Part shown: positions 1 to 11,600 of the stretch, in pieces | Numbering within the stretch: position 1 is the first letter of the stretch | Layout: each line of letters opens with the position of its first letter | DNA from: a virus | Taxonomy: Duplodnaviria; Heunggongvirae; Uroviricota; Caudoviricetes | DNA length: 64,000 nt | Direction: 5' to 3' (one strand) | IMG/VR virus record: IMGVR_UViG_3300032286_000363 | Coordinates: 34,586-98,585 of that record | Notes under the pieces: model-generated | What the model was told of the DNA's origin: nothing | What the model saw: only the letters and a program-made list of their open reading frames with translations | The model's database searches: none | Position numbers and translations under genes: made by a program

Positions 1-1992
1 AATTGTTGCTGTAACAAGAGCACTAACTTTTCCCAATGTAGCAGAAGTAGGAGAACCATCTTTATCTGACCCTAATGCTTTAATTTGTGGTACAAAGTCT
101 GTAACAAGGGGTGCAAGTTTTTGATTATACAATTCATCTGATTTTCTCATTGCTGTTCTTAATCTATCAAGTCCAGCGTTGTACTGATTAGTTACAGCAT
201 TTATCTGTCCACGAATTGCATCATATCCTTTAGGTTGAGGACCTGGTTCAAATTGACCATATATCACTCCTTTCATTGAATTAACAAAGTCTAGTTGTCT
301 TTTATTAAGTCCTTGAGTGTTAATTGTTGTTATACGTCTATTACCACCTCTAGAAGCTTGTGTACTTGTAGTTGTAGCTGCCTCTATTCCTAATATTTCT
401 TCTGGACTTAATTGTAAGTTTTTACCATTCCATGTAATATTTAATGATGGTTTGTTTTTAACAGCATTTGCTTTTTCCTCAGATACACCTGCTTCTTTAT
501 CAGCCTGAGCTCTAATCTTATCACTTTTATCTTTTAATGATTGAAGATAATTTTGTTGTTTTAATATTTCCTGAATAGTTCCCATTGCTTTTGGAGGAAT
601 ATCCATTTTTTTGTTTAGCATCATGTTTATCTCTGCATCATTATATCCAGCAGCAATTAAAGCATTGCGTCCTGAATTTATATTATTTGCAATAGATTCA
701 GAATGTTCTGAAAACATTTCATTAGCTTTAAGAACGTTATCTGTAGGATTGCCAAGAGTTGTCCAAGGAGAATCTACACCATAAATTTCTGCATTCTTCA
801 AAGCAACTTCTTGAGCTTTTAACGCAAGTTCTTGAGTTTTCTGAGAACTAGTTACACTAAATTCATATCTTTCTCTATTCTCCTTTTGTATTCTGAGTTT
901 TTGTTCCTCTACCCAGTTCAATTGTGCTCTCAATGGATTAGCAACATATTGCATTTCTTCATTCTTCCAAGAGAATGCATTAGCTAGTTCTTTTGTAAAT
1001 CCATCTTTGTATATAGAAGTTTTTACAGCATCTGGATTTTCTCTAGCATCTTTTAGATCAGTTGCTAATTGTTCATCTAATGCTCCAGGCTTTCCTGCAG
1101 AGCCAACTTGTGATTGGTAATATTCAAGTTGTTTATCTATTTTTCCCAACTCCGTAGGATCGGTTGTAATTTTTTTCTTGTTATTTAAAAAACTAATAGT
1201 TGCAATAGATTCATCTTTATTTGCTCTATATTGTGACGTTGCTCTTTCAACAAGTTGATCTGAAGTTACACCTCTAAATTGATATCGACCATCTATAGAT
1301 AATTGATTTATATCATCAGGAGTAAGAGTTGCAGATATAGCTTGTTTAATTTGTCCCTCATCAATACCTTCTATTTTATACCTTTGCATAGCATCTGCTA
1401 TTTTTCTAGTATTTACTTTTCCATTAACCACCTCAAAAGGAACATCATATTGTTGTAACTTAGGATGTAATAATTTAATAGCCTCTAACGCTTTCTTTTT
1501 TACATCTGTATATTGTGTATATCTATCTGTAAATTTATCTTTAAGATCTGTAGAAGAAATATATCTATTTGCTTTTTCATTAAAGTCCCAAATATTAGAC
1601 TGAGAAGACTTTCCACTCTTCACAGCAGATTCCATTTCTTGAGCTTGCTTTCTATACCAAGCTGTTGAGCTTACAGCATTCTGAACAGTTTCATCTCTAC
1701 CAATTTGTTTAGCCATTCCAGATACAGAATTTACTAATTGGAAATTGGAGAAATCCCCTGCTGCTACATATTTCAAATTGTTCCCAAGCTCATTGAGTTT
1801 TGTTTGTAGATAGTTTTTATCTACGTCTCTCAACACATCCATACCAGCAACATTATCAATACTTTGCTGTATCTTTTGAACACCTTGCTCATATTGAGCT
1901 TGCTTTTGCATACCCACCTTCACCATTGCTTCAACAGGAAGTGTTGAGACATAGGGATTAAATTGTGTTATTGCGTCAGTATATGAAGCCAT
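1..1992 (-). CDS. Large virion-associated protein, N-terminal 664 aa; the C-terminus lies beyond the window start
   Basis: Open minus-strand frame from ATG at 1992 to the window edge, translated by hand (MASYTDAITQFNPYVSTLPVEAM...). Coiled-coil-rich. Last gene of the late operon. Not in the ORF track because it lacks a stop within the window. Confidence 0.5.
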   Translation of the reverse strand, partial: MASYTDAITQFNPYVSTLPVEAMVKVGMQKQAQYEQGVQKIQQSIDNVAGMDVLRDVDKNYLQTKLNELGNNLKYVAAGDFSNFQLVNSVSGMAKQIGRDETVQNAVSSTAWYRKQAQEMESAVKSGKSSQSNIWDFNEKANRYISSTDLKDKFTDRYTQYTDVKKKALEAIKLLHPKLQQYDVPFEVVNGKVNTRKIADAMQRYKIEGIDEGQIKQAISATLTPDDINQLSIDGRYQFRGVTSDQLVERATSQYRANKDESIATISFLNNKKKITTDPTELGKIDKQLEYYQSQVGSAGKPGALDEQLATDLKDARENPDAVKTSIYKDGFTKELANAFSWKNEEMQYVANPLRAQLNWVEEQKLRIQKENRERYEFSVTSSQKTQELALKAQEVALKNAEIYGVDSPWTTLGNPTDNVLKANEMFSEHSESIANNINSGRNALIAAGYNDAEINMMLNKKMDIPPKAMGTIQEILKQQNYLQSLKDKSDKIRAQADKEAGVSEEKANAVKNKPSLNITWNGKNLQLSPEEILGIEAATTTSTQASRGGNRRITTINTQGLNKRQLDFVNSMKGVIYGQFEPGPQPKGYDAIRGQINAVTNQYNAGLDRLRTAMRKSDELYNQKLAPLVTDFVPQIKALGSDKDGSPTSATLGKVSALVTATI

Positions 1993-2078
1993 ATTAAGTT
2001 TATTAACAAATGTAATTTAAAATATTATAACTACCAAAGGATCTAATAAGTTTTGGTAATCTTGTGTAATTAGAATAA

Positions 2079-5000
2079 TTAGAAGTTTTTAAGAGCTCTT
2101 ACAATGGAACCGTTTCTAGCAGTTTCTTCTTTCTTTTTCTTTTTAAGAATTGTTTCATATTCATATCCTTCAGGAGCAGCTTGAGCAGATACTTTACCAT
2201 CTGCACTAATATCAAACTGTGCTAAAGGATTGTAATTCTGTGCTCTGCCATCTTTACCAAATCTATAGTTGTAAAGATTTTCATATGTTTGGAGAGTTTT
2301 ATTTTCCAACTTATTCTTAGCAATCTTATCAGACATAGATTTTTCTATTTCCATTGCTTGAGCTTTTGTATTAGATCTTGCTTGAGATTGTTTAGCAGCT
2401 TGATCAGCATATATTCCAAGGTTCTTAAGTTGAGCATCATTCAATGTAGCAATGTTCTGATTGTACACACCCATTCTTTGAGCTTGGTTTTGTCTAAACT
2501 GTTCTCCTAACACTTTATTCTTCTCACCACTTGCTGTTGCTAATAACGTTGCAGCAGCTGCAGGATTTTGTCCAGCCATTCTTTCAGCAGCTCTTGCTTG
2601 AGCAGTTATTTCATTTAATTGATCCTGATAAGAAATGTCATATGGTGTTAATAGTTGAGGTTGGTATCCTTGAGCAAACACTGGTTCCACTTGATTCATT
2701 CCTGCAGCCATCATCTCAGGATAAAGATCTACATTATAATCTACATCACTAGGTCTTAAATAAGGAGCAAGTTGATTAAGTGCAGTCATCCAAGGATCTT
2801 GCTTAAGAGGTTGTACAGCAAGTGTAGTAGTTGGACTAGTTGTATCTGGATAGTCTTCAGGAATAGAAGGTATTACAGTCATTTTATGTTTTGGAGCAGC
2901 AGTTTTATCAATAGTCTGATTTAATAGATTATGATATGGTCCAACTTTTTCATCTATTCCAAGTTCTTGTATTTTAGCTATTTTACCAGCTCTTGTTTTT
3001 TGTTTCTTAATAGCTGCTACAACATCTTTAGCATCTTGACCTGTATAAGATTCCAATGATTGAATAATTGCATCAGCTCTTTTTGGATCAGATAATGCCT
3101 CATCCACTTTAGGTTTCCAATTCTTTTCATAATTAGTTTTATTTCCCCAAAGCTCATCATTACCAGCAGCTCCTATATCATTGTAATCAATTGATCCAGC
3201 ACCTCTAACTTTATACTTAAGTCCTGTTTGACCTTTTAATATTTCTTTACCGTATTTAGCCATTTCTTTTTGTGCTTGTTTATCTATTTTAACTTTACCT
3301 TTAGCAAGAGCATCAGCATCTACACCATGTTCTTTAGCTGTTTCATTAATAGCATCTTGTACAGCAGAAGCATTCTTCTTTATCTCTGCAAACTTTTGCA
3401 ACTTCATGTTTGCTCCCATGTTTGTAGCATTAAGACCTTCTAATTTTAATTTATCAAACGGTGTATACACATCTAATTCATCAAGTTGTTTTGATGTCTT
3501 ATCTATGATTTTATTCTGCCTAGCTTCATCTTTAGAAACACCTGCTATGTAATGTTTAAACTTCTTACCTTTAGCTTTTGGATCTCCTATTTGATCTAAG
3601 AATTGATTAGGGATTTTAAGATTGCCAAATACCACCATGTTCTTTTCTCCTGTTTGACCATCTATCATTTCTGTAGCTGGTTCACCTCTTTCCACTTCAA
3701 CATCAGCATCAACATTTTCAGAACCATATTCTGCATAGTCTGTATAACTATCGTGTCCACCTTCACCATATTTAACACCTATTCCTGTATGTCCTCTTCC
3801 ATCACTTTCTTCATGTGATTTACCTCTGAACATTACAGTCTCACCTGTTCCTGGTAAGTATGGGTTATGAGACATAGTTTCAGCATGTCCACCCCATGTA
3901 GTTTTAAGTTCCCCACCAAGAGCATAACGATCTTGAGGATAGATGTTGTTTTGTGAGATGTTTCCACCTGTTCTTAATGTGTCCATCATAGGATCAGGTC
4001 TTAATAGATCTTTCATACTGTGTTCACCAAACTGTGTAATCACTTGTGGCAACCAATCATTAGACACCCATCCATCTTCTGCATAAGGAATATCTCCACC
4101 GTTTCTTACATTAGCAGAAAATTGAGAATGTAAAGCTTGTCCCATAGAATTTGCAGCTGCTGTTTGTACATTACGTTTTGTTCTGTTTTGAGCCTTTTCC
4201 ATTTTTTGTGGGTTTCTATCTAACAGTCCACCACCAATAGCTCCAACAGTTTGTCCAATTGCTTTGCCTATAGCTTTTCCTGCAGGTCCTCCTACAGCCA
4301 TTCCTATAGCTTCTCCACTTGCTCCACCTATATCAGCACCTAATTCACCACCTGCATTATTTCCTGTTGCACCTTGTCCAATCATTTGTCCTGCATTTCC
4401 TACAGTTTCCCAAGAAGGCATAGGCATACCACCACCACCTTGCATTCTACGTATAAGTCCACCAGCTCTATATTGTTTTACTATTTCAGAATCACTCAAT
4501 GGTTCATATCCAAGATCTTGATAGAGATCTCCAGGATTATACATGTTCTGTATCTCTGTTTGATTACCACCTATCTGCATACCGTCTTTTGCTGTAAGAA
4601 CATTTGTTCCTACACCATAAGAAGGAAACACTTGATCTGGTTGTACCAATGCATCTTCTGGTCTATTGTATGTACGTCTTTGTTCTTCTGGTTTTGAGAG
4701 ACTTGCTTTCAGACTAAGATCACTTACAGAAGCTTGTTGTTCTGCTGACTTTCTTGCTTCCTTTTCTGCTTTTAGTTTTTTAATACCACCATACACTTTT
4801 CCAACAAGACCAGCATATTTAGTTTTAGCTATTGCATCTAATGGATCTTTTTTAGGAACATCAGCAGAAGGATTATTTCCTGTACCAGGTCCTGTTTTAG
4901 GAGTTCCTGTAGATAAGATTGAATTTGTGTTAAACTTCTGAACCTCTTCATATTCTCCAGGACCATCTGGCAATGATGAAGACTTATTAGTTATAGAACC

Positions 5001-6200
5001 CACTGGAGAATAGTTTGGATCAGGAACACATTCTGTACTATACTGATCATATATAAATCCTACTGGACATCCTTGTCCTTGTCCTTGAGCATATGGATTT
5101 GTTCCTGCTGCTTGAATTCCTGTTGCAGTACCACCTGCAGGACTATTTAATCCTGCACCACTATTTTGGTATTTGGGAACTTTCTTACCTTTTTTAGCCA
5201 TTCCTCCTGCTGCAGAAGCAAGTTGTCCAACATCTGCTCCACCTGCAAGATCAGCTGCACCAGCACCAGAACCACCACCTAGCATTCCCATTATTTTAGA
5301 CATGTCCATACCACCCATACCACCACCACTTGCAGGTTTTTGTGCAGCTTGTTGTGCTTTTGCTTGTGCCTGAGCTTGTGCTTGTCTTTGTGCATTTGTA
5401 GAACCTGTCATTTGAACATCGTAAGCATCAAATGCATCTTGGAAGTTTAGAGGTTGAGGATTATACACTTGTTCTCCTCCTGTGTAAGAACCTATACCAT
5501 CTTGTGCTTGTATAAGACCACCTTGTCTTAGCTCAGGGTTATATCCAAAGTTAGCATACTTCTCATAATTAGAAACACCACCTGGCATACCACCATATAC
5601 TCCTAATATATCTTGTGCAGATATTTTAGATTGTGTAGGAAACTTACCTCTGTAAAATCTCATGAAATTATCTACATTTCTAGGATCTGCATCTGGTAGA
5701 AGTGCTCCTGTTTCAGGATTAAAGTATTTTGAATATCTATCATCAGGCTTTCCTGTTTTTTCATCTATTTGAGTTTGATATTTAAATACCCGATTTGTTC
5801 TATCAGCATCTCTAGTAGCTGCAACATACTGTGGAAAGGTCAATCCTGAATAATTACCTTTAATACTTTCGTATTCTTTTTCAAGAGCTTTTGCACTTTT
5901 CTTGTCAAGACCTAAGTTTTTTATATCACTTATATCATTCCATTCAGGAATTGCTTTAACTGGTTTACCACCACTACCACCACCCACCGATATGTCAGCA
6001 AGAGGTGACCATGATTTACCTCTGCAGTTTTTACCTACACAAGGAGCATCTCCATCTTGCATTTTATGTATAACATCACCACGTTTAGCCTTTCTAAAAG
6101 CTCCTCCGTGTTTAGCCATAAATGATTGCTCATCAGGAAACATCTTGTAGAATTCTTTCTCATTCTTAACACCAGCAATTTTTAAGATTTCTGCTTTCAT
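2079..6200 (-). CDS. 1373-aa Gly-zipper-rich large virion protein, possibly a tape-measure-like or internal ejection protein
   Basis: Long ORF with repeated GxxxG/AIGKAIG hydrophobic glycine-zipper stretches and a Q/A-rich low-complexity region. Sits at the distal end of the structural operon. Function inferred only. Confidence 0.45.
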   Translation of the reverse strand: MKAEILKIAGVKNEKEFYKMFPDEQSFMAKHGGAFRKAKRGDVIHKMQDGDAPCVGKNCRGKSWSPLADISVGGGSGGKPVKAIPEWNDISDIKNLGLDKKSAKALEKEYESIKGNYSGLTFPQYVAATRDADRTNRVFKYQTQIDEKTGKPDDRYSKYFNPETGALLPDADPRNVDNFMRFYRGKFPTQSKISAQDILGVYGGMPGGVSNYEKYANFGYNPELRQGGLIQAQDGIGSYTGGEQVYNPQPLNFQDAFDAYDVQMTGSTNAQRQAQAQAQAKAQQAAQKPASGGGMGGMDMSKIMGMLGGGSGAGAADLAGGADVGQLASAAGGMAKKGKKVPKYQNSGAGLNSPAGGTATGIQAAGTNPYAQGQGQGCPVGFIYDQYSTECVPDPNYSPVGSITNKSSSLPDGPGEYEEVQKFNTNSILSTGTPKTGPGTGNNPSADVPKKDPLDAIAKTKYAGLVGKVYGGIKKLKAEKEARKSAEQQASVSDLSLKASLSKPEEQRRTYNRPEDALVQPDQVFPSYGVGTNVLTAKDGMQIGGNQTEIQNMYNPGDLYQDLGYEPLSDSEIVKQYRAGGLIRRMQGGGGMPMPSWETVGNAGQMIGQGATGNNAGGELGADIGGASGEAIGMAVGGPAGKAIGKAIGQTVGAIGGGLLDRNPQKMEKAQNRTKRNVQTAAANSMGQALHSQFSANVRNGGDIPYAEDGWVSNDWLPQVITQFGEHSMKDLLRPDPMMDTLRTGGNISQNNIYPQDRYALGGELKTTWGGHAETMSHNPYLPGTGETVMFRGKSHEESDGRGHTGIGVKYGEGGHDSYTDYAEYGSENVDADVEVERGEPATEMIDGQTGEKNMVVFGNLKIPNQFLDQIGDPKAKGKKFKHYIAGVSKDEARQNKIIDKTSKQLDELDVYTPFDKLKLEGLNATNMGANMKLQKFAEIKKNASAVQDAINETAKEHGVDADALAKGKVKIDKQAQKEMAKYGKEILKGQTGLKYKVRGAGSIDYNDIGAAGNDELWGNKTNYEKNWKPKVDEALSDPKRADAIIQSLESYTGQDAKDVVAAIKKQKTRAGKIAKIQELGIDEKVGPYHNLLNQTIDKTAAPKHKMTVIPSIPEDYPDTTSPTTTLAVQPLKQDPWMTALNQLAPYLRPSDVDYNVDLYPEMMAAGMNQVEPVFAQGYQPQLLTPYDISYQDQLNEITAQARAAERMAGQNPAAAATLLATASGEKNKVLGEQFRQNQAQRMGVYNQNIATLNDAQLKNLGIYADQAAKQSQARSNTKAQAMEIEKSMSDKIAKNKLENKTLQTYENLYNYRFGKDGRAQNYNPLAQFDISADGKVSAQAAPEGYEYETILKKKKKEETARNGSIVRALKNF

Positions 6201-6201
6201 A

Positions 6202-6903
6202 TTAGTTGTATTTATCTAACCATCCACCTTTGGTTGGTTTGTTATAGTTTGTGAAATTGGTTAATTGATCTAGTTGCTCAATGACTTTCTCATCCTGTTG
6301 ATTTACACCATTCTTTCCTACAGGGTATTCTTTAACTTTCTTACCTTTGAATTTATAATCTTTTCCTGGTGTCATATATTGAACATCTCCCTCATCTGAT
6401 ATTCCTATTAGGTCTTGATCTACACCTTTCATTGTTATATCTGGAGAATCTATTTCCACCACCTTTCCCCAGTTATCAGGATTCCAATATCCACGATTAT
6501 CTTTTATTACAGAACCATCTCTACTAATACTCTTTGGTTTCCAATCTAGTCCATTTTTGTAATAGGACATCTCTTCACCATTCTGTGCTGAAGGAAGTGT
6601 CTTCTTTGCATAAGGACCTTCTGATGGAGCACCTGTGCGTGCATACATGAATCCTACAGAACCAGGAAGAGAACCTCCCATAGCAAACTGTCCTCCCCAT
6701 GCAGGAGATTCCCACTGAGGACCATTTAAAGTTCCTTCACCAATAAATCCTGGAGGCAGAGTTACTTTAGAATCATTAAAATTATCCAACCATCCAGTGG
6801 TTTGTTGAGTTTTATTTTTCATTTCTGCTGTTTCGTCTATTGTTACAATTTTCTTTTTTAGTAACCCATCTACAATTTTCTGGTTCATAGTTACCATCAA
6901 CAT
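6202..6903 (-). CDS. Hypothetical structural protein (233 aa)
   Basis: ORF tightly packed with its neighbours in the late operon. Confidence 0.45.
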   Translation of the reverse strand: MLMVTMNQKIVDGLLKKKIVTIDETAEMKNKTQQTTGWLDNFNDSKVTLPPGFIGEGTLNGPQWESPAWGGQFAMGGSLPGSVGFMYARTGAPSEGPYAKKTLPSAQNGEEMSYYKNGLDWKPKSISRDGSVIKDNRGYWNPDNWGKVVEIDSPDITMKGVDQDLIGISDEGDVQYMTPGKDYKFKGKKVKEYPVGKNGVNQQDEKVIEQLDQLTNFTNYNKPTKGGWLDKYN

Positions 6904-7336
6904 CTATTCTATCTATTTCTAAATGTTTAGAATAAGTAGAATACATATCCTCAATAAATAGATTTATATCCTTCCATCTATCACAAACTTTAATTCCTCT
7001 TCCTCCATAATATTTATTATTTACATCATTGCATCTATATAACATAGCATGCCAGATATGATATAAAGGATGTTTTTTCTGTCCATGTGTTATGTTACCC
7101 AAACACAGTTTTTTCATCTTTTCTATTTGCAAACATCCACAAGAAGCTTTATTAATCTTAACTTTATCTATTACTGCTTCAAACTCATTTCCACAAGAAC
7201 ATATAAACAAAGCTTTCCTTCTTATACGAGTTCTTTTGCATTCTTCTGTTTTTAGAACAATCCTAGGAGAAACTTCTCTTATAAAGGTACAATTACCTAC
7301 ATTATCCCCTTTACTATAATTTACTTTAGTTTTCAT
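6812..7336 (-). CDS. Putative homing-endonuclease-like DNA-binding protein with a Zn-ribbon and a YxxWxxMxxRC...YGGRGIxVCxxW motif
   Basis: CSCGN...CGC cysteine pairs plus PLYHIWHAMLYRCNDVNNKYYGGRGIKVCDRW. This motif recurs in phage proteins usually annotated as HNH-endonuclease-associated. Confidence 0.4.
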   Translation of the reverse strand: MKTKVNYSKGDNVGNCTFIREVSPRIVLKTEECKRTRIRRKALFICSCGNEFEAVIDKVKINKASCGCLQIEKMKKLCLGNITHGQKKHPLYHIWHAMLYRCNDVNNKYYGGRGIKVCDRWKDINLFIEDMYSTYSKHLEIDRIDVDGNYEPENCRWVTKKENCNNRRNSRNEK

Positions 7337-7390
7337 AATAAATATTTATTTGTCCACCAAATGTAAGTATTTTTAATATATCTAACAAAT

Positions 7391-8296
7391 TTATTTATAA
7401 CTAATCTGGGAGGGAGCTATGATGAATTGGCTCACTAGGTGTGTGTCACTTCTTGAGTCAAGGATGTGACGCACTCTAAGATCTTTAGCTCTTAGAGGTT
7501 CCTTTTTAAAAGACCTTTTGCTATAATCCATATTAGCTTGGTTTACAATCTTATCTATAGAAAGACTTTCACAACTTGTTGTGAACAAAGGTATGGATTT
7601 GTTTTTAACTAATGACCAAAAAGTGTTATATTGATAGAAGTTATCACTCTTGGTAAATGTAATAGTTTTACTTTCTGTGCTGTATATTGGATAGGATAGA
7701 TAGGTGCTTAAGTTGTGCATTGGTTTTGGTACAAGCTCTAACACCCCTGTTGATTGTTGTCCGTTATATAGAACAGCTTTGTTAAACCATCTATCGTCTG
7801 TTTCTATTTTAGCATTATCATTGAATACACCATCAGGAATATTAATGTATTTATATACTTTAGTGTAGTCTTTTATATTCTGTAGGATTTCATCTTGGAA
7901 CTTGTATGAGAATGGATATTCTATTATATAAGGCTCTGTTGTTCCGTAATAGCGGTTATAGTTTATGGTGTCTGTAAGATGTCTCCATATACAGCCTGTA
8001 TTCACTTCCTTATATTCAATTATTGCTAATTGATCACGAGATAGTTGTGATACACTTATGTATTTTGTAATCTTACATTTTCCTGTAGATTGGAGAATCA
8101 TCACTCTTACATTGCTACCAACACTATATGCCACTCCTGATATAAGTCTTGACTTAGGTACATCAGTGGCAATAACATTCCCTTGATCATCCGTGATTGT
8201 GAATGGTCCAATAAGTTTATTACTACTAGAAGTTAATCTTATAAGAATTGTTTGAGACATATTTATAGTTGTTTTGCAAATCCTTCTAATCCACAT
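7391..8296 (-). CDS. Hypothetical structural protein (301 aa)
   Basis: ORF in the late operon. Confidence 0.45.
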   Translation of the reverse strand: MWIRRICKTTINMSQTILIRLTSSSNKLIGPFTITDDQGNVIATDVPKSRLISGVAYSVGSNVRVMILQSTGKCKITKYISVSQLSRDQLAIIEYKEVNTGCIWRHLTDTINYNRYYGTTEPYIIEYPFSYKFQDEILQNIKDYTKVYKYINIPDGVFNDNAKIETDDRWFNKAVLYNGQQSTGVLELVPKPMHNLSTYLSYPIYSTESKTITFTKSDNFYQYNTFWSLVKNKSIPLFTTSCESLSIDKIVNQANMDYSKRSFKKEPLRAKDLRVRHILDSRSDTHLVSQFIIAPSQISYK

Positions 8297-8601
8297 CTTG
8301 ATTTAGTTGTTGTAGATGATGTGGTTGGTGTAACTATTGGTTTGCGTGTTGTTGATGTTGTAGTGGTTGCAGGAAGCTCATTAACAGCAATAGCTTCAAG
8401 ATCATCACAACATCCATTAAGTCCTGAATAAAAGAAGTTATTCTCAGCTATATACCAGTTAGGAATATAACTATGGAAACTAATCCAACTCTTTGTATTA
8501 AAGTTGAAAGAAAGAGTCCAGGATTTATTACAGAAGTATTCAGGATCTGTAAGCTTAACCACTGTTCTTTTTATAATTGGTGTACAATTTCTATTTGCCA
8601 T
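8263..8601 (-). CDS. Hypothetical protein with a Thr/Ser-rich segment (112 aa)
   Basis: ORF carrying a TTTTSTTRKPIVTPTTSSTTTKS linker. Confidence 0.4.
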   Translation of the reverse strand: MANRNCTPIIKRTVVKLTDPEYFCNKSWTLSFNFNTKSWISFHSYIPNWYIAENNFFYSGLNGCCDDLEAIAVNELPATTTTSTTRKPIVTPTTSSTTTKSRCGLEGFAKQL

Positions 8602-8606
8602 TTTTG

Positions 8607-11600
8607 TTATATTATATTACAAGGATTTGGTTCAGCTGCTCCTCCATTAACCACTTGAAGACCATATGTATGATTTGCTATTGGTGTAAACGATAGTGTT
8701 GTAGTTGGAGTGTATGTAGGACCTTCTCCAATATTGTTTATATAGTATATTTCATCATTTGTAGTATTGTCACAAAGTCTAAATTTAATTGGTTGACTAC
8801 CACCACTTTGCCATGTTATAGTTATATTATATGGTGTTATAGGAATACTCACTACTCCAGAATTAGAAAATGACAATGTTTCATTAATTAAATATTCAGA
8901 AGTTAGAAAGTTTTGAAGTTGTATATTTACAGTCATGCTTCCAGACTTAATAAAACTCCAGAAGAAAGATGCTGTAGGTATTGGAACAGTTGTACTACTA
9001 CTAGTAGTAGAACTTGTGCTTGATGTAGAACTTGTAGAGCTTGTAGAAGTTGATGAAGTGCTACTGCTTGTTGTAGTGGTTATTGGAATACAATCAATTT
9101 CTTCCTCTATATAAAACTCATTTGTTTCAGGATCGTATTTAATATCTTTAGACAAAGGAATATAGTCAAGCTTTGATATAATAACACGCTCAAATTTAGA
9201 ATCGTATACACCATGCAGTCCTACACCATTGAAATGATTGTCTGTATCAACATTAGGAAAATGTCTTAAGATTTCAAATGCTAAATGATCTGTAAAGAAT
9301 CTATTCATTCCAGAACCAAATGCTGAAAGATCTGTAGCTTGATTTCCTGCAACTAAAAACACTTGTCCTCTTTTAGCATCCACTGTCACCTGACCTTGAG
9401 GAATCTTCAATAAGAATTTATTTTGACTTCCTACATATCCAAGATCTGTTTCAGCAAAATCTATTGGAGGAGCACTTTTAAATAATGTATCATTACCAAG
9501 ATAGGCAGCCTGAGGATTACTTGTGTTTATAGTCAAGAGAGTGTTATACAAAAGACTCTTATTCTCAAATCTAGCAAGTACAGCTCTGTTCTGAATACCA
9601 TCTAATGATGTAAGCTTACCGTAGTTTTGAGGGAAATCAAAAGATGCTATTGGACGATAGATCAACCAACTGTTCACTCTAACATCAGCATTAATGTTCT
9701 GTGCTTCCGAATATATTGCTCTGAAAGGATAGTTTGTATAGCAAAGCTGTTCTTTCCAATCCTGAGGAAGATGTGAGAAGTAGTTTTCTTTATTCTGTTT
9801 AGAGAACGTTACATTATAAAAATATGTATTGTCTTGAAGAATTGAAACATAGCTCTCTTGTAACCAATCATCAGGAATATCTGTACTTACATGTGGCCAG
9901 AAATCACCTTCTTTATTATTGAATGCTTGTCTAAGATCTGTATTGTAAGAACTCTCACAATAGAAATTTGGAATACCATAAGCAAATAAATAGAAATATC
10001 CATTATAGAATGTTCTATTTGGATTGTTTGCAGGAGGTGCAGGAAGTTGACTATTTGGACAATCAAAGTTGTTAGCCTTATATGAAACTATGTTAGGTAG
10101 TACACCTCCTGTAGAAGTAAAATCTGATAGAACAGATCTTGCAGAATGCCAATATTTAGGATAGGCTATGTTACCAATCTCATCATAGAAAATATCTGAA
10201 TCATCAGGAGCTCCCACTCTATTATCAATAAAGAAAGGAAGCTTTGTTTTAAATGCAAACCTGCTAATAAATGTATCACCTCCAAAGAATGTTTCTGGTA
10301 GTGGGTTTATTACAGGGTCTATACTTCTTTGGAATCCTGTATCTAATGTTTCATAAGAATATATTTGTCCCCATTGGTTAATGTTTATATTCTTTATAGA
10401 TGCATAATAGGAAACCACTGATATTGGTTTTTGTTGTGCTGGGGTTGCACACATGTTTGAAGATGATATTGTAGATCTTGATTCATCAGACACAAGACTT
10501 ACTCCTCCTGGAGCAATGCTTGGTGTTTTATCAGGAAATGGTAGTGGATCTACAGATTCTTTTGTTTTTAAATAAACAGAAGATTCTCTATTCCAATTAT
10601 TTACAACACAGTCATCTCCTGTAGATTGTACGCCAGGAATTATGTATTGTGCAATATCTAACATTCTTTGTTTAACACCAAGATTGTTTTCTATTATATC
10701 ATTGTAATTATAATCTGCTATAGAGTTGTATGAATAAGCATAGTTTCTTCTTGTTATTCCATTTACATAAATAGTAAGATAGGCTTGGTATGCAGCAAAC
10801 ATTGCTGTTGCACTCCAAGGATCTGTATATGAAGCTAATGAATCAGATGCTGCTAAAGCATCTTCTTGAGCTTCCTTTGTAAGAAGCTTATACATTGCGT
10901 TCTCCTTAACTTCTACAAAATGTGCTCTTCCACTTCCAAATATTACATTCTCAAGTTTTAGTACATCTCCTAAGAACGGTTGTCCAAAAGATGTTTCAGG
11001 AGAATTAAATACATGTCTATATTTGGACTCAGTGGTATTAGAACTTATAGGAAGTGGAGTTTGACCTACACAATTATCAACTCCCACTGTCTCAATAAAA
11101 GTTTCAAATTGTCCACAGCTACCACAATCCTCAATACAAGAAATAGTTGTTCCAAGTTTTATATTAATTCTATCTTGATCATTAAAAGGATACCCTCTAA
11201 AGTATCGACTTTCAAGTTGACCATAAATGTTTGTCCATTCAGCTCTCCAACCATTACATGCTTGAATAAGACCTGAATTACTACCAACAATATACGCATC
11301 ATATTTTGAATATGAAATTGCTCCTTCACCATAAGAAAATGTAGGAAACCCTATTGAGCAAACTTTATACACTGTTGCTCCTGCTTCATAATATCTTTGA
11401 GTGGTTGTTCTATTTGTATTAATGTCTGTATATGTAATTTCAGCATATGGTTTTCCTCCATATAAGTCTGGTTCTATTTTTGAAACTATTACATCATAAG
11501 AAAGTGCTAGTTTTGACCATGCATTATTTGTAACATTTAAAAAAGGATCATCTCTAAGATCATTATATGGATAGTTTGGATAGTAGTAGTCTGTTTCTTC

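Noticed and set aside
2289-6150. Multiple plus-strand ORFs of 60-107 aa inside the 1373-aa gene. Similar antisense ORFs occur inside the 1585-aa tail gene, the fibre genes, the polymerase and others.
   Set aside because: They are antisense to long, well-supported genes. They have low-complexity or hydrophobic repeat translations typical of shadow ORFs.
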